A DNA stretch of 64,000 bases from Opitutia bacterium (lineage in GTDB: Bacteria; Verrucomicrobiota; Verrucomicrobiia; Opitutales; T3Sed10-336). The notes under the pieces are model-generated. The model saw nothing but the letters and a program-made list of their open reading frames with translations, was not told the origin of the DNA and ran no database searches. The first letter of the stretch is position 1, and the number at the start of each line of letters is the position of its first letter. Position numbers and translations under genes: made by a program. Shown here in pieces: positions 36,660 through 47,491 of the stretch. The stretch spans positions 143,477 through 207,476 of the forward strand of contig JBJHCF010000003.1 in assembly GCA_050506795.1 (NCBI GenBank), in the 5' to 3' direction.

Positions 36660-39332
36660 CTAGGTTCGCGAGTTCCATGCTTGCAGGACGGCCGCCAGTT
36701 TCTCCGGATGTTTGCCCCCGCCCATGGCGAAGTCGGGTTTGCCGCCGCCTTTGCCGCCGAGTTGGGGGGCGAGTTCCCGGATAATGTCGCCGGCGCGGTG
36801 ACCCGCCTTGACGGCCTCCTTGGAGGCGAAGGCGACCAGAGTGGTTTTTTCGCCGAAGGCTGCGCCGAGAACAACGATGCCTTCCCGGAGTTCGCCGAGG
36901 ACCTGCATGCCCAAAGAGCGGAGTTCGTCCGGCGAGCCGGCGTCCACTTTGGCGGACACGGTTTTGAGACCGTTGCGATCATTTGCACCGGCGGCCAGAT
37001 CGCCGGCCTGGGCGGCGGCTTCACGTTGACGATTCCTGCGGACTTCCTTTTCGAGGCTTTCGGTTTCGGCGCGAAGGTGTTCCAGTCGGGATTCGAGTTC
37101 GTCCGGCCGGCAGGAGAGACGACGGGAGAGGTTCTGTAACAGGGCGTGACTTTCACTCAGGAGCTGCCAGGCGGGGTCGCCGGCTACGGCTTCCAGTCGC
37201 CGGGTGCCGGCGGCGATGCCGCTTTCGGCGGTGATCTTGAACGGACCGATCTCGCCGGTGGCGCCCACATGAGTGCCGCCGCAAAGCTCTTTGGAATAAC
37301 CGCCGATATCGACCACCCGCACGCGTTCGCCGTATTTTTCCCCGAAAAAGGCGATGATGTCGTCGGGTTTGTCGGCGAAGTCGATCTCATAGGCCTGCAC
37401 CGGACTGTTCCCGAGGATGCATCGATTCACGATCGATTCGATCTCGCGAATCTGCTCCGGGGTCACCGGCTCGAAATGGGAGAAGTCGAAGCGCAGCCGG
37501 TCGGGAGCGACCAGCGAGCCGGCCTGGTGGACGTGCGTGCCGACGATATTCCGCAGGGCGTGATGGAGCAGGTGGGTGGCGGAGTGGTGCCTCTCGATGG
37601 CTCGGCGCCGGTCGAGATCGAGGTTGACTTGGGCGCGTTGACCGGCGAGATCAGCGGGGACCTCGGAATCGGCGCGGTGAAGGAATCGTCCGGCCGAATC
37701 CTTGCGGGTGTCCGTGAGCCGCAGGGTGAGATTGCCGGCGCGCAGGGTTCCGATGTCGCCGAGCTGTCCCCCCATTTCGGCGTAGAAAGGCGTTTGATCG
37801 AAGACCAGCCAGGTTTCTCCGTCCTGCCGGATTACGTCGACCACGTTGACCTCGAACGGGCCGGCGGAATCGATTTCGTAGCCGGTGAACGGGGTGGCGC
37901 CGGCGGAGTCGTCGCCGGTGGCCACTTTGATTTCGGTTTTCTTCTGGGCGGCGCGGGCGCGTTTCCGCTGTTGGTCCATTTCCGCTTCAAATCCCGCCGT
38001 GTCCACGGCCAGGCCGCGTTCGCGCGCCAGGATCTGGGTCAGATCGAGGGGGAACCCGTAGGTGTCGTAGAGCGTAAAGGCGTCGCGACCGGAGATGGTT
38101 CCGTCCGCCTGGTCGGCGATGCCCTGGAAAAGCTGCATGCCGCGATCGAGGGTGCGGCTGAAGGTATCCTCTTCGGCCCGAATAACCTTGCGGATGACTT
38201 CCTCCTGCCGCCGCAGTTCGGGGAAGGTTTCGCCCAGTTTGTCCACCACCGGGTCGATCAGTTTTTCGAAGAAACCGGCCTCCATTCCAAGTCGCCGGCC
38301 GAAGTGGACGGCCCGGCGGAGGATGCGGCGCAGCACGTAGTTGCGCCCCTCGTTGCCGGGAAGGATGCCGTCGGCGATGGAGCAGGAGAGGGTGCGAATG
38401 TGGTCGGCCAGGACGCGGAAGGCGACGTCGTCGGACTCCTGTTCGGAAAGGCCGCCCTCGCGCGATTCGGGCAGGGTTCCCAGGTAACGTTTGCCTGAGA
38501 GATCGACGATTCGTTCGAAGATCGAGGTGAAAAGATCGCTTTCGTAGTTGGAGGGGGGCCGGGAAAAATCGGTGAAGTTTTTGGTGGCGGCGAGAATTCC
38601 CGCGATGCGCTCGAACCCCATGCCGGTGTCCACGTGTTTGGCGGCCAGCGGGGTGAAGTTGCCCTGGCTGTCGGCGTTGAATTGAATGAAGACCAGGTTC
38701 CAGATCTCCATGCACCAGGGGGAGTCCTGATTGACCAGTTCGCCGCCGGTGTCGCCGCCGGGGGTGAGGTCGATGTGGATTTCGCTGCACGGCCCGCAGG
38801 GGCCGGTGTCGCCCATCATCCAGAAGTTGTCGGCCTTGTTGCCGTACCGAATATGGACCTCCGGGTTCAGTCCGGCGGCGGTGAAAATGGCCTTCCAGTG
38901 ATCGTAGGCTTCCTGGTCGAAATCGGCGGGATCGCCGGGGCCGGGTTTATAGACTGTGGCGTAGAGGCGTTCCTTGGGGAATCCCCAACCTTCGGTGAGC
39001 AGTTCCCAGGCCCAGGCAATCGCTTCCGCTTTAAAGTAGTCCCCGAACGACCAGTTCCCCAGCATCTCGAAGAAGGTGTGGTGGTAACTGTCGAACCCGA
39101 CATCCTCCAGGTCGTTGTGTTTTCCCCCGGCGCGGATGCATTTCTGGGTGTCGGCCACCCGTGGATCCGGAGCGGTGCGCTCGCCCAGGAAATAGGGCAC
39201 GAACGGATTCATTCCGGCGTTGGTGAACAGGAGGTTGGGGGCCGTCGGCAGCAGGGACGCCGAAGGCACGATCTTGTGTCCGCGGGCCGCGAAGAAATCG
39301 AGAAAGGATTGGCGGATTTCCTGGGAAGTCAT
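36660..39332 (-). CDS. alaS: Alanine--tRNA ligase
   Basis: LLFTNAGM, HHTFFEMLGN, DTGMG, HSATHLLH, ELCGGTH and GGKGGG motifs. Confidence 0.99.
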   Translation of the reverse strand: MTSQEIRQSFLDFFAARGHKIVPSASLLPTAPNLLFTNAGMNPFVPYFLGERTAPDPRVADTQKCIRAGGKHNDLEDVGFDSYHHTFFEMLGNWSFGDYFKAEAIAWAWELLTEGWGFPKERLYATVYKPGPGDPADFDQEAYDHWKAIFTAAGLNPEVHIRYGNKADNFWMMGDTGPCGPCSEIHIDLTPGGDTGGELVNQDSPWCMEIWNLVFIQFNADSQGNFTPLAAKHVDTGMGFERIAGILAATKNFTDFSRPPSNYESDLFTSIFERIVDLSGKRYLGTLPESREGGLSEQESDDVAFRVLADHIRTLSCSIADGILPGNEGRNYVLRRILRRAVHFGRRLGMEAGFFEKLIDPVVDKLGETFPELRRQEEVIRKVIRAEEDTFSRTLDRGMQLFQGIADQADGTISGRDAFTLYDTYGFPLDLTQILARERGLAVDTAGFEAEMDQQRKRARAAQKKTEIKVATGDDSAGATPFTGYEIDSAGPFEVNVVDVIRQDGETWLVFDQTPFYAEMGGQLGDIGTLRAGNLTLRLTDTRKDSAGRFLHRADSEVPADLAGQRAQVNLDLDRRRAIERHHSATHLLHHALRNIVGTHVHQAGSLVAPDRLRFDFSHFEPVTPEQIREIESIVNRCILGNSPVQAYEIDFADKPDDIIAFFGEKYGERVRVVDIGGYSKELCGGTHVGATGEIGPFKITAESGIAAGTRRLEAVAGDPAWQLLSESHALLQNLSRRLSCRPDELESRLEHLRAETESLEKEVRRNRQREAAAQAGDLAAGANDRNGLKTVSAKVDAGSPDELRSLGMQVLGELREGIVVLGAAFGEKTTLVAFASKEAVKAGHRAGDIIRELAPQLGGKGGGKPDFAMGGGKHPEKLAAVLQAWNSRT

Positions 39333-39333
39333 T

Positions 39334-40434
39334 TTAAAGGTTCCGGATTATCGCTTCACCCATTTCGCGGGTGCCGACACTTTGGCCCCCGAAGGCGATG
39401 TCGCCGGTGCGGGTGCCGGAGGTTACGGTTTTCCGCACCGCGGCTTCGATGCGGTCGGCCAGGGCTTCGAGTCCGAAACTGAAACGCAGCATCATGGCGG
39501 CGGAAAGGACCTGGGCGCAGGGATTGGCCAGGTTTTTGCCGGCGATATCGGGAGCGGTTCCCCCGGCGGGTTCGTAGAGACCGAAGCGGTGCCCGTGACG
39601 ATTGCTTCCGGTACCCAGGCTGGCGGAGGACAACATTCCGAGTGAGCCGCACACCACGGCCATTTCGTCGGAAAGAATGTCGCCGAACATGTTTTCAGTC
39701 AGAATGACATCGAACTGGTTCGGATCGCGCGCCAGTTGCATGGCGGCATTATCCACGTACATGTGGGTCAGTTCGATCTCCGGGGCCTTGGCCGCCAGGT
39801 AGTCGGTTACTGTTTGCCGCCAGAGGACCGAGGTTTCCAGGACGTTGGCTTTGTCCACCGAGCAAATCCGGTTTTTGCGTCCGCGGGCGGTGGTTATGGC
39901 GACCTCGGTGATGCGTTCGACTTCGCTCTGGCGGTAAACCATGGTGTCGATGGCCTCCCGGTCGCCGTCGGGCAAATCCCTGGTGGCCTTGGGCTGACCG
40001 AAATAGATGCCGCCGGTAAGTTCGCGAATGCAGACCAGGTCGATGCCGTCGGGAATTCTTTCCTTTTTCAGCGGAGAGGCGTCCACCAGTTCCGGGTAAA
40101 GCAAACCCGGGCGGATGTTGGCAAAAAGGGAGAAATGTTTCCTCAGCGGCAGCAGGGCGGCGCGTTCCGGCTGTTCTTTGGGGGGAAGGGACTCCCATTT
40201 CGGGCCGCCGACGGAGCCGAACAGAATGGCGTCGCTTTGGGTGCAGGTCTCAAGGGTTTCCGCCGGGAGAGCGCTGCCATGACGATCGATGGCGATGCCG
40301 CCGGCGTCGGCTTCTGACGCTTCCAGTCGAAGGCCTTCTGACTCGGCGGCGCGTTCCAGGACGGCCAGGGCGACCGCCATAACTTCAGGTCCGATCCCGT
40401 CTCCGGGCAATACGGCGAATTTGAGCGTATCCAT
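39334..40434 (-). CDS. leuB: 3-isopropylmalate dehydrogenase
   Basis: [29 protein letters not shown] and APDIAGK motifs. Confidence 0.98.
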   Translation of the reverse strand: MDTLKFAVLPGDGIGPEVMAVALAVLERAAESEGLRLEASEADAGGIAIDRHGSALPAETLETCTQSDAILFGSVGGPKWESLPPKEQPERAALLPLRKHFSLFANIRPGLLYPELVDASPLKKERIPDGIDLVCIRELTGGIYFGQPKATRDLPDGDREAIDTMVYRQSEVERITEVAITTARGRKNRICSVDKANVLETSVLWRQTVTDYLAAKAPEIELTHMYVDNAAMQLARDPNQFDVILTENMFGDILSDEMAVVCGSLGMLSSASLGTGSNRHGHRFGLYEPAGGTAPDIAGKNLANPCAQVLSAAMMLRFSFGLEALADRIEAAVRKTVTSGTRTGDIAFGGQSVGTREMGEAIIRNL

Positions 40435-40577
40435 AAAGGATTGAATTATATGCGCCGGGATGGATTGGGTTTAAAGGAAATTTTTCCGGCAAAGAATTCG
40501 TTCGATGATTCTTGATGGCGGCGATTTGGCCGTTAGGCTCTCGCTTTAGGTTGTTTTTTTTCGTGGATGACTCTTTG

Positions 40578-42497
40578 ATGCCTGGAATGAGCGGTTTATT
40601 TAAGCGTGGTGTGTCGATTTGGGCCTGCGGAGCTTTTGTCCTTGCCGGTTGCCAACACACCCAGGACCGCGGTGACGATCCTTCCCGGGGAGGGGATCGG
40701 GCGATGGGCCAGCGGGTGAGCGACCGGTACGACGATGAGATCCGCGAAGTGCTCTCGCTGGTGAGGCGTAACGAGTGGGATGCGGCTCAGGCGCAGGCGG
40801 CGGCACTGCATGCGCTCGATCCGGAAGATCCCGAGATCGAAAGGATTCACAACTGGGTGGTAATGGAGAACCAGCGGCGCCAGCAAAAGGCGCTGGAGGA
40901 GGAACTCCGCGATATTGAAGCACAGGATTCCCGGTTTTCTCCCAGTGTGAGGAACATTCTTTTCGACCGGCGTTCGCGCGGATTGAGCCTGCCGACCGAT
41001 CTCCGCAACACTCTGGACGAACTCAGCCGCCAGCCCCTGGTGCCGTCATCCTTTAACCGGGTGATTGAGCGTCAGGGTCCATTATATGACTTTGATCGCG
41101 CTCCCCGCGCCATGGAGGAAGTCCTCGGTAGAAAGGTGAGCATTCAGTTGGATAATGTAACCCTCGAAGAAATCATCTTCACCATGGGGCGATCGGAGAA
41201 CATCAATTTTGTCGCCGACCGCAACCTGGCCGCGTTCGCGCAGACGCTGAGTGTTCGCATGGAAGACGTGTCGATGTCCGAGTTTCTCGATTACGTCTCC
41301 CGTAATTTCGACATCCACTTCCACGTGGGACCGAATCTGGTCTGGATCGTTGACGGCGCAGCCAACACGAATCGCCTCGAGGAAACGCGTTTTTACCGCC
41401 TTCGCCGGGGGTTCATTATGCCGGCGGAATTCGGGGCTGCCGAAATACGGCGGGAAACCCGGGGTCGGGGTGACGACCAGGTCACCATCGAAACCCAGCA
41501 AATCGAGAAGTTCGTCCGGGACAACGCCCCCAACGAGCCGGCCATCCAGCAGGCGATCGAAAGGTTTTTCCAGGGGTCGGATTACATGATTGATTTTGAG
41601 CGAAACCTGATCGTGGCCACCGGCACCCCGTTGCAGCTAAGAACCCTGGAGCGGATAATCGAGCAGTTCGATCAACCGGTTCAACAGGTTTTGATCGAGG
41701 CCCGTTTTGTCACCGTTACCGAGGCCGCCTTTCTGCAACTGGGTACGATCTGGGAAACCACCGGCGACCCTCGCGCCGACCGGAGAACCCCGGAAGACTT
41801 CACCGGCTTTGGCACCGACGTCGGTCGCGGATTGGCGAGGACGTTCACCAACGTGTTGTCGGTTCGGAACCTAAACGCAACCTTGACCGCGCTGGAACAA
41901 AGCGGGGAGAGCCAGACGCTCAGTTCCCCCCGCCTGACGGTGGTCAATAACCGGCCCGCCACCATTTCCGACGGCAAACGGCAGTTTTATTATGAAGAGT
42001 ACGAGGTGTCGCAACAGATCCTGGAGCGGCGGTCGAGTTCCACGCTGGTTCCCAAGGGCCGGCCGACCGAATTGCGTTCGGGCGTTTCCCTCGATGTTCT
42101 GGCCAGCATCGGAGGTGACGGGGAAAGTATAATGCTGGCTTTGAATCCGAAGGTGAAGCAGGACGTTGAGCTCGTGACTTTTGCCACGGTGAGTGACTTT
42201 GATGAGTTTGGCAACGTGATCAAGGACTTCGAAATTCGCCTGCCGGAATCGCGGGACCAGGAACTGTCCACCCGGGTGGTCGTCCGCTCCGGTGAGACCG
42301 TTGTGATGGGTGGAGTCATGGAAAATGTGCAAACCACCTTCACCGAGGCGGTGCCGATTTTGGGAAATCTGCCGATTATCGGCGCGGCGTTCCGGCGGCA
42401 GACTGAATTCGAGCAGCCGCGGTACCTCCTAATTTTTGTGACTGCCACTCTGCTCTCCGAGAGCGGTGAATTCATTCAGCAGACTTCCCTGTGGTAG
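40578..42497 (+). CDS. Secretin (GspD/PilQ family), probable lipoprotein
   Basis: LAGC lipobox, QVLIEARFV, SGETVVMGG, VPILGNLPIIG. Start approximate. Confidence 0.88.
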   Translation: MPGMSGLFKRGVSIWACGAFVLAGCQHTQDRGDDPSRGGDRAMGQRVSDRYDDEIREVLSLVRRNEWDAAQAQAAALHALDPEDPEIERIHNWVVMENQRRQQKALEEELRDIEAQDSRFSPSVRNILFDRRSRGLSLPTDLRNTLDELSRQPLVPSSFNRVIERQGPLYDFDRAPRAMEEVLGRKVSIQLDNVTLEEIIFTMGRSENINFVADRNLAAFAQTLSVRMEDVSMSEFLDYVSRNFDIHFHVGPNLVWIVDGAANTNRLEETRFYRLRRGFIMPAEFGAAEIRRETRGRGDDQVTIETQQIEKFVRDNAPNEPAIQQAIERFFQGSDYMIDFERNLIVATGTPLQLRTLERIIEQFDQPVQQVLIEARFVTVTEAAFLQLGTIWETTGDPRADRRTPEDFTGFGTDVGRGLARTFTNVLSVRNLNATLTALEQSGESQTLSSPRLTVVNNRPATISDGKRQFYYEEYEVSQQILERRSSSTLVPKGRPTELRSGVSLDVLASIGGDGESIMLALNPKVKQDVELVTFATVSDFDEFGNVIKDFEIRLPESRDQELSTRVVVRSGETVVMGGVMENVQTTFTEAVPILGNLPIIGAAFRRQTEFEQPRYLLIFVTATLLSESGEFIQQTSLW

Positions 42498-42525
42498 GCC
42501 GGGGAAGGGGCGGCAGCTTTTAAGG

Positions 42526-44289
42526 ATGATCAGTATTGGGAAAACCCGTTCGGCGGGCTTGATGGCCAGGATTTTCAGGGGACAACGTTCCCTGGTTATC
42601 GATCACGGTGGCAGCGCGATTAAGGTTCTGCTGGCGGAGCGTTCCGGCGGCGGCATTAGGGTGTTGCATGCGCTTACGGTCAATCTCCGGGATGAAGGTC
42701 TGCTGAACGCCGACGAAATCGGTCGTTACCTGTCTCGCATGCTGGAAGCCTTCGGCGATGTGCCGGTGACCCTCCTTGTGCGGCAATCGAGCACCATTTC
42801 GCAACTCATGGAGATGGGGGGCAAGTGGCCCCACAATGTGCGCCGTGCAATCCGGGAGGAGACGCGGAACCTCAGTGGTTTAAGTGAACGGGCCATACTT
42901 TACGATTTTGTGCCCATGCGTCCCTTTGCCCGGTTTCAGGCGCCTTACTGGGTGACCATCGCGCGGGAGAACGAAGTCGAGGAACAGATTGAACCGCTAC
43001 GCCATCAAGAGTGCCAGATTTCCGCGGTCACCACTCCGGCCAATTCACTGATCAACGCGTTCACCACCCTCAATCCGGGCGGCAAGGAAGGATTGCTCCT
43101 GGAAATCGGGGAGACCTCGACCACCGTCGCCATCGTCGAAGGAGGCCAGGGTGTGTTCGCCACCAATGTCGCGCTGGGCGGGGAGCATGTCACCGAGGCG
43201 ATCTCCGACGATTTGGGGGTGGATTATGATCGGGCGGAGTCACTCAAGCACGAGTCCGATGTTTTTGCCGAGGGCCGGCCCACCGAGATGCTTGGGCGGG
43301 TCCTGGGCCGCTGGCGTGAGGAGATCGATGAAGTCGTGCTCGAGTGGAGCCGGGAGCAGGGGCTTGATGTCAATCATTACCGTTACCTGCCGTGCTGGCT
43401 TTCCGGCGGAGGTTCACGACAGCCGGGGCTGCGCCGTCACCTCGCCGGCCAATGGGAACGCGAGATTTGCGATTGGCCCCAGTTGTCGAAAGATCTGCCG
43501 GATGGCGGGGCGGCGGACTATGCGGTGGCCTATGGCGCCGCGTTGGGTTCGTTTCGCAAGGGTCCCTGTCCGGTAAACCTGTTGCCGACCGATTTGCGCC
43601 GGGCACGCGGATTCGAGCGCAAGGTCCATGCTCTCTACTGGGTTTGCGCCTTGTGTTTCGTGCTGGCTTTTTTTCTCGTATTCCGGGGAGCTGAGAATTT
43701 GCGGGAGGAGATCAGGGTAGGCCGTGCGGATCTCGAGAGCGCGCGCGAGGCGGTTCGACTCGCCAATGAAGTCGATTCCCAACGCGAGCTGAGACGCCGG
43801 ATCTATTACGAGACGCTTCCGGTGTTGCACCGGAAGAAACTCACCCGGGATTTCCTCGAGACGCTGGCCTTTCTGCGCGGGCTCAGTGAGAGAGAGGAAT
43901 ATTGGTTTGTGCTTTTTTCCGATGACGACAGTTATTTTGGAGAAGGAACCGGCGTTGCTGCTCCGCGAGTTACCTCTGAGACGATCTCGCTTTCAGAGCT
44001 GGTCGGTCGGTCGCCCGGTTTTATCGTTGAGCTTTGTGTGCCCGGCGAGGAGGAGTTGGCGGAGGATTCGGCGCTTGGCGAGGTAGTGAGCGGACTTCGT
44101 GTCGCTGATTTTCTAAGCGGGGTCGACAAACTTCCGGCGGGCCAACGGCGGTTGAGGGTTCCGTCACAGGCCACCCTTCCGGAATACACCTACACACTCA
44201 CCCTGGAGTTGGAACCGTTCCAGCACGGACTGGGGGATCTTTCCCAGGGGAATGGGACCCGATCGCAATTGCTGTTTCCTCGCCCTTGA
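42526..44289 (+). CDS. PilM-like actin-fold protein with a PilN-like C-terminal region
   Basis: IDHGGSAIK, LLEIGETST, LSGGGS, VNLLP followed by a transmembrane helix and coiled coil. Confidence 0.72.
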   Translation: MISIGKTRSAGLMARIFRGQRSLVIDHGGSAIKVLLAERSGGGIRVLHALTVNLRDEGLLNADEIGRYLSRMLEAFGDVPVTLLVRQSSTISQLMEMGGKWPHNVRRAIREETRNLSGLSERAILYDFVPMRPFARFQAPYWVTIARENEVEEQIEPLRHQECQISAVTTPANSLINAFTTLNPGGKEGLLLEIGETSTTVAIVEGGQGVFATNVALGGEHVTEAISDDLGVDYDRAESLKHESDVFAEGRPTEMLGRVLGRWREEIDEVVLEWSREQGLDVNHYRYLPCWLSGGGSRQPGLRRHLAGQWEREICDWPQLSKDLPDGGAADYAVAYGAALGSFRKGPCPVNLLPTDLRRARGFERKVHALYWVCALCFVLAFFLVFRGAENLREEIRVGRADLESAREAVRLANEVDSQRELRRRIYYETLPVLHRKKLTRDFLETLAFLRGLSEREEYWFVLFSDDDSYFGEGTGVAAPRVTSETISLSELVGRSPGFIVELCVPGEEELAEDSALGEVVSGLRVADFLSGVDKLPAGQRRLRVPSQATLPEYTYTLTLELEPFQHGLGDLSQGNGTRSQLLFPRP

Positions 44290-45101
44290 TTCGACCGGAC
44301 AAGATGAACCTTTTTACCGAAAGAAAAACCTACGAGAAGACCATCCTGCTTTTTGGCGTGGTCGTGCTGCTGGCGTTTCTTTTCGTCTATTTGCCGCTGA
44401 CCCGTGAAAAGCGTGAGTTGGCGAATGATCTCAAGGAGACTCTCGGCATTCTGGAAGAGCGGGGGTATGGAGTGGAGCAGGAATGGATCATGGCGAATCT
44501 TCGGACCGTCGAAGGTGAAATCCGTTTGCTGAAGAATGAGAACGGAACGGAAGGTTGGACCCTGGAAAACGATCCGTTTATCAGGGACCGGATTAACGCC
44601 CCGTTTCAGTACTTTGAATTTGATCGCGAACGAAACAGTGTGGTGTCCCAACTCAGGGTGCTGGCCGCCGAGCGCGGGGTTTCCTTGAATCCCGGAGTTA
44701 CCGAATCCCTTCCCGAGTACGTCGGACAAACACGCGACTATCGCCTTTGGGCGCAGTTGGCGCTGGCCCATCAGGTGCTGCGCGGTGCGATGGAGAATGG
44801 GGTGAGTGCCGTCGAATCACTCAGTTTGCCGCGGATCCGGGTGGTTGTGGGAGAGGACGCGGAGTTGTACGAAGAGGTCGGAGTGACCATTCGGCTTACG
44901 GGGCGAATGGACGCGTTGCAGCCATTTTTTCTTTTCCTGGCGATGGATGCGGCGCAAGTGGAGGCCGCTGGAATGCCTGAGATCTATCCCGGCAAGCGTC
45001 CACTTTTTATCGACCGGTTTTTGTTGCGGAAAAAGGACCTGCGCGAACCCGACGAGGTGATTGCCGATCTTTCAATCAAGAGCTTCCTCAGAATCCATTG
45101 A
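44286..45101 (+). CDS. PilO/GspM-like membrane protein
   Basis: N-terminal transmembrane helix plus coiled coil; operon position. Confidence 0.55.
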   Translation: MIRPDKMNLFTERKTYEKTILLFGVVVLLAFLFVYLPLTREKRELANDLKETLGILEERGYGVEQEWIMANLRTVEGEIRLLKNENGTEGWTLENDPFIRDRINAPFQYFEFDRERNSVVSQLRVLAAERGVSLNPGVTESLPEYVGQTRDYRLWAQLALAHQVLRGAMENGVSAVESLSLPRIRVVVGEDAELYEEVGVTIRLTGRMDALQPFFLFLAMDAAQVEAAGMPEIYPGKRPLFIDRFLLRKKDLREPDEVIADLSIKSFLRIH

Positions 45102-45105
45102 ACCT

Positions 45106-45693
45106 GTGAAACATCCCTGGAAGATTCTGATTGCACCGGTCTTATTGCTCTTTGTTGCGATAACACTGATTGTCGGGCTCCTGTGGTCCCAACGGTCCGC
45201 CGGGCCGGTACAGAGCATCGCTGTCACTTCGGAAGGCCACGATGTCCCGGAGCGGCTTTCGCCTCAGGAATCGGACTTGATCGAATTCTTTGGCCGCCTC
45301 CCGCTGGAGGTCAGTCGTCTCACGGCCGGGGGAAATCCGTTTTACAATATTTACCGGGAACCTGAACCCGTACCCGAGGAGCCTCCCGAGCCGGAGGAAC
45401 CGGAAGAGCCGGAAGAACCGGAGGAAGTAGAGGAGCCACCGCCTCCGCCTCGCCGGGTTGAAATCCGCTATGTCGGTTTCCTGCGCGGGAGTGTCGGTAA
45501 CGATCAAGTGTACCTCACAAAGAACGGGACCACGTTGATTGGTGAGGAGGGAATGCAAGTGGTTGACGTCTGGAGGGTCACTGACTTTGATTCCCTGCGA
45601 GTGATCATGGAAGACGATTCGGGTGAGAGGTTGGAAATCGGCTTTAATCAAACCGGGATACTGGAGATCCCGGTGGATTCGAACGGCCGGTGA
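45106..45693 (+). CDS. PilP/GspC-like protein
   Basis: Transmembrane helix, NPF motif, Pro/Glu linker, small beta domain; GTG start inferred. Confidence 0.5.
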   Translation: MKHPWKILIAPVLLLFVAITLIVGLLWSQRSAGPVQSIAVTSEGHDVPERLSPQESDLIEFFGRLPLEVSRLTAGGNPFYNIYREPEPVPEEPPEPEEPEEPEEPEEVEEPPPPPRRVEIRYVGFLRGSVGNDQVYLTKNGTTLIGEEGMQVVDVWRVTDFDSLRVIMEDDSGERLEIGFNQTGILEIPVDSNGR

Positions 45694-45697
45694 ACCC

Positions 45698-47416
45698 ATG
45701 GCAGGCGGACGCGACATAGGCGCCCTCCTTTTGGAGAAGGGTGAAATCACGGCGGATCAGCTGGAAATGGCCCGCCGGCGATCTCTCCGCCAACGCACGC
45801 CGCTGGTGCGCGCCCTGACCGAGTTGAACCTGGTTTCCGAGGAAACCGCCTACCGCGTATCGGCCCAGTTCCACGGGTTGGAATTCGTTGAACCGGAGAA
45901 CATTTCCGTGGACCGCTCCGTGCTGGAACTGGTCCCTATCAAGCTGGTTCTTCACTACCGTCTGGCGCCGGTGCGATTCGAAGGAGGCGTGATTACGCTG
46001 GCGTTTTCCGACCCACCCGATTTGAGCGAGATGGGCAATCTCCGCCTGTTGATCGGTTATCGCATCCGGGCGGTTTTGGCCACTCCGAGCGGGATCCACG
46101 CCTTTATCAAAAAGAACTACGGGTTGGGCGCGGAGACGATTCAGCACCTGCGCCACGACGAGTCTCTGCCCGATCTGAATCAGGAGATCACCTTCGATGT
46201 CGATGCCTCGGAGGAACAGGGCGAACTGGACATCTCGATTTCGCGATTCGTCAATCAGATCCTGATGGAGGCTCTGCGCTTGGGCGCCACCGACGTCCAT
46301 ATCGAGCCCTACACCGCGAGTATTCGGTTGCGTTACCGCATTGACGGAGTGCTGCAAACGATTCCGGTACCCCCCGGGTTGCGCCAGTTGTATCCCACGA
46401 TCATTTCGCGTCTCAAGGTGATGGCCGGTCTGAACATTACGGAAAAACGCGTTCCCCACGACGGCCGGATTTCGATGAAGACCAGTTCCGACGCCTACGA
46501 TCTTCGCGTTTCCATCATTCCCACCACCTTCGGCGAAGCGGTCTGCCTCCGCATTCTCGGGCGCGAGAGCATGTTCATGGATCTCGAACAGCTTGGCATG
46601 GAACGCGACCAGATGCGCATCCTGGAAGACATTACCCAACTCCCCCAGGGAATGGTGCTTCTGACCGGTCCGACGGGAAGTGGAAAGACAACAACTCTTT
46701 ATGCTTTGCTTGCCCACGCCAACGACGAAGGGCGGAAAATCGTCACCATCGAAAATCCCGTTGAATACAAACTGGAGGGCATTTCGCAGATACAAATTCG
46801 GCCGGAGGTCGGCCTCGATTTTTCCAGCTGTCTGCGGTCGGTCCTCCGGCACGATCCCGATGTCATTCTCATCGGGGAGATCCGCGACCAGGAAACGGCG
46901 GAAATCGCCATTCGTTCGGCGCAGACGGGCCACCTGGTCTTCTCGACCCTGCACACCAACGACAGCGTGAGCACCGTGACCCGGTTGCTGGAAATGCGTG
47001 TGGAGCCATTCCTCATTGGTTCGACCCTGGTGTGCAGTATCGCCCAGCGCCTGGCTCGACGCATCTGCCGTCATTGCCAACGCGAAGATACCGACATCCC
47101 GGCTCAGGCTCGCGAGGAAATGGCGGCGGTCCTGGGAATCAAACCCGATGCGGTGCGGGCCTCGGTCGGCTACGGTTGCGTCGAGTGTAACGACCGCGGT
47201 TATCGGGGACGAGTGGCGATTTACGAGTTTTTCCTGCTCGACGAAGCGGTAATGGACGCGCTTGAACCCGGGATAAAAACCAGTGAATTGCGCCGTATCG
47301 CCCAAAGAGGCGGCTGGAAATCCTTGCGGGAACAGGGGTGGCACAAGGTACAGGACGGGGTGATTTCCGTGGAGGAAAACCAGCGCCTTACCCGCCGTCT
47401 GCAGATCACTTATTGA
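45698..47416 (+). CDS. GspE/PilB secretion ATPase
   Basis: GPTGSGKTT, LRHDPDVILIGEIRD, TGHLVFSTLH and two CxxC motifs. Confidence 0.95.
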   Translation: MAGGRDIGALLLEKGEITADQLEMARRRSLRQRTPLVRALTELNLVSEETAYRVSAQFHGLEFVEPENISVDRSVLELVPIKLVLHYRLAPVRFEGGVITLAFSDPPDLSEMGNLRLLIGYRIRAVLATPSGIHAFIKKNYGLGAETIQHLRHDESLPDLNQEITFDVDASEEQGELDISISRFVNQILMEALRLGATDVHIEPYTASIRLRYRIDGVLQTIPVPPGLRQLYPTIISRLKVMAGLNITEKRVPHDGRISMKTSSDAYDLRVSIIPTTFGEAVCLRILGRESMFMDLEQLGMERDQMRILEDITQLPQGMVLLTGPTGSGKTTTLYALLAHANDEGRKIVTIENPVEYKLEGISQIQIRPEVGLDFSSCLRSVLRHDPDVILIGEIRDQETAEIAIRSAQTGHLVFSTLHTNDSVSTVTRLLEMRVEPFLIGSTLVCSIAQRLARRICRHCQREDTDIPAQAREEMAAVLGIKPDAVRASVGYGCVECNDRGYRGRVAIYEFFLLDEAVMDALEPGIKTSELRRIAQRGGWKSLREQGWHKVQDGVISVEENQRLTRRLQITY

Positions 47417-47491
47417 AGGGGGGCGTGGGGCGAGGGGCGAAAACTGGGGGCGGGGGTTGCAAAAGCGGGGTTTTCGTCAAAGGTTCATCAC

